From assembly GCA_012295275.1 (NCBI GenBank), contig CM022670.1, forward strand, positions 14,632,001 to 14,696,000: DNA of 64,000 bases, read 5' to 3'. The notes beneath the pieces are model-generated. The model ran no database searches and was not told where the DNA came from. It saw only the letters and a list, made by a program, of their open reading frames with translations. This document shows, in pieces, positions 63,423 through 64,000 of this stretch. Both the position numbers and the translations under genes were made by a program. Each line of letters starts with the position of its first letter. The stretch's first letter is position 1. The DNA is from Chrysomallon squamiferum (taxonomy: Eukaryota; Animalia; Mollusca).

Positions 63423-64000
63423 GTAAGCTTGGAGTCATTTCTTAGTAAACTTCATAGAGATAGATCTCTTCAGACTTCGTAGAATATATAGTAAACATAT
63501 TAAGAGTTGATCATTTCTAAAGGATTTTATTTTGATAAAAGAGAAATGACAAGTTTTATTCTTGAAAAGCAGTTCTTCATTATAAAATTATTTTATTTCA
63601 TTTAAACTGTCAAAAATCTTGCACTGATAACAAACAGTTCAAGAAAATCTACAAAATTAATAATATTTAAACTACCTGTTACTTCTATAATACTTTATTT
63701 TCTTAGAACATTTATAATAAATAAATAAATAAACGAATAAATAAATAAATTAATTAATTAATTAATTAATCCATAATGATAATAATAATCTTTAAACAAT
63801 TCATAACTTTGCCTATTACTTTGAATTCGTAGAATCTAATAATCATATAATATTGTTTAACATAATACAATAGAGTAAGTTATTTAAAGATCTTTGTTTT
63901 TACAAAGTAATAATACATACAAACAAATCTTCAAATCACTTAATATGTTAAGCAGTTATTTAAATGCATGTACATGTGTTTGTGTTGTTGTGGATGTGGA

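Overview
AT-rich, microsatellite-dense animal genomic DNA with spliceosomal introns. A mollusc, probably a cephalopod, is inferred from composition and gene content but is not proven. Almost all ORF-track entries are simple-repeat artefacts, so the real genes were rebuilt by hand from exons and splice phases. Minus strand: a tandem family of receptor tyrosine phosphatases (RPTPs) with the architecture signal peptide - F-type (fucolectin-like) lectin domain - MEGF/laminin-type EGF repeats - TM - ITIM-like juxtamembrane motif - active PTP D1 - dead PTP D2. Copy B (5975-23907) is complete, with 24 exons and about 981 aa. Copy C (43322-53508) has its 5' end cut off at an assembly gap, an intact D1 and two frameshifts in D2. 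Copy A shows only its first exon (1431-1509). A fourth, inverted copy survives as a deletion-collapsed fossil on the + strand (~2920-4650). Between B and C lie three tandem CD225/dispanin (IFITM/PRRT-like) genes, each with paired TGACGTA motifs just upstream of the ATG. A PLAT-lipoxygenase starts on the + strand at ~58260 and runs off the window. It has an in-frame TGA at a normally conserved Arg, and the same base change creates an in-phase GTGAGT splice donor. The locus looks like a birth-and-death innate-immunity cluster (inference).
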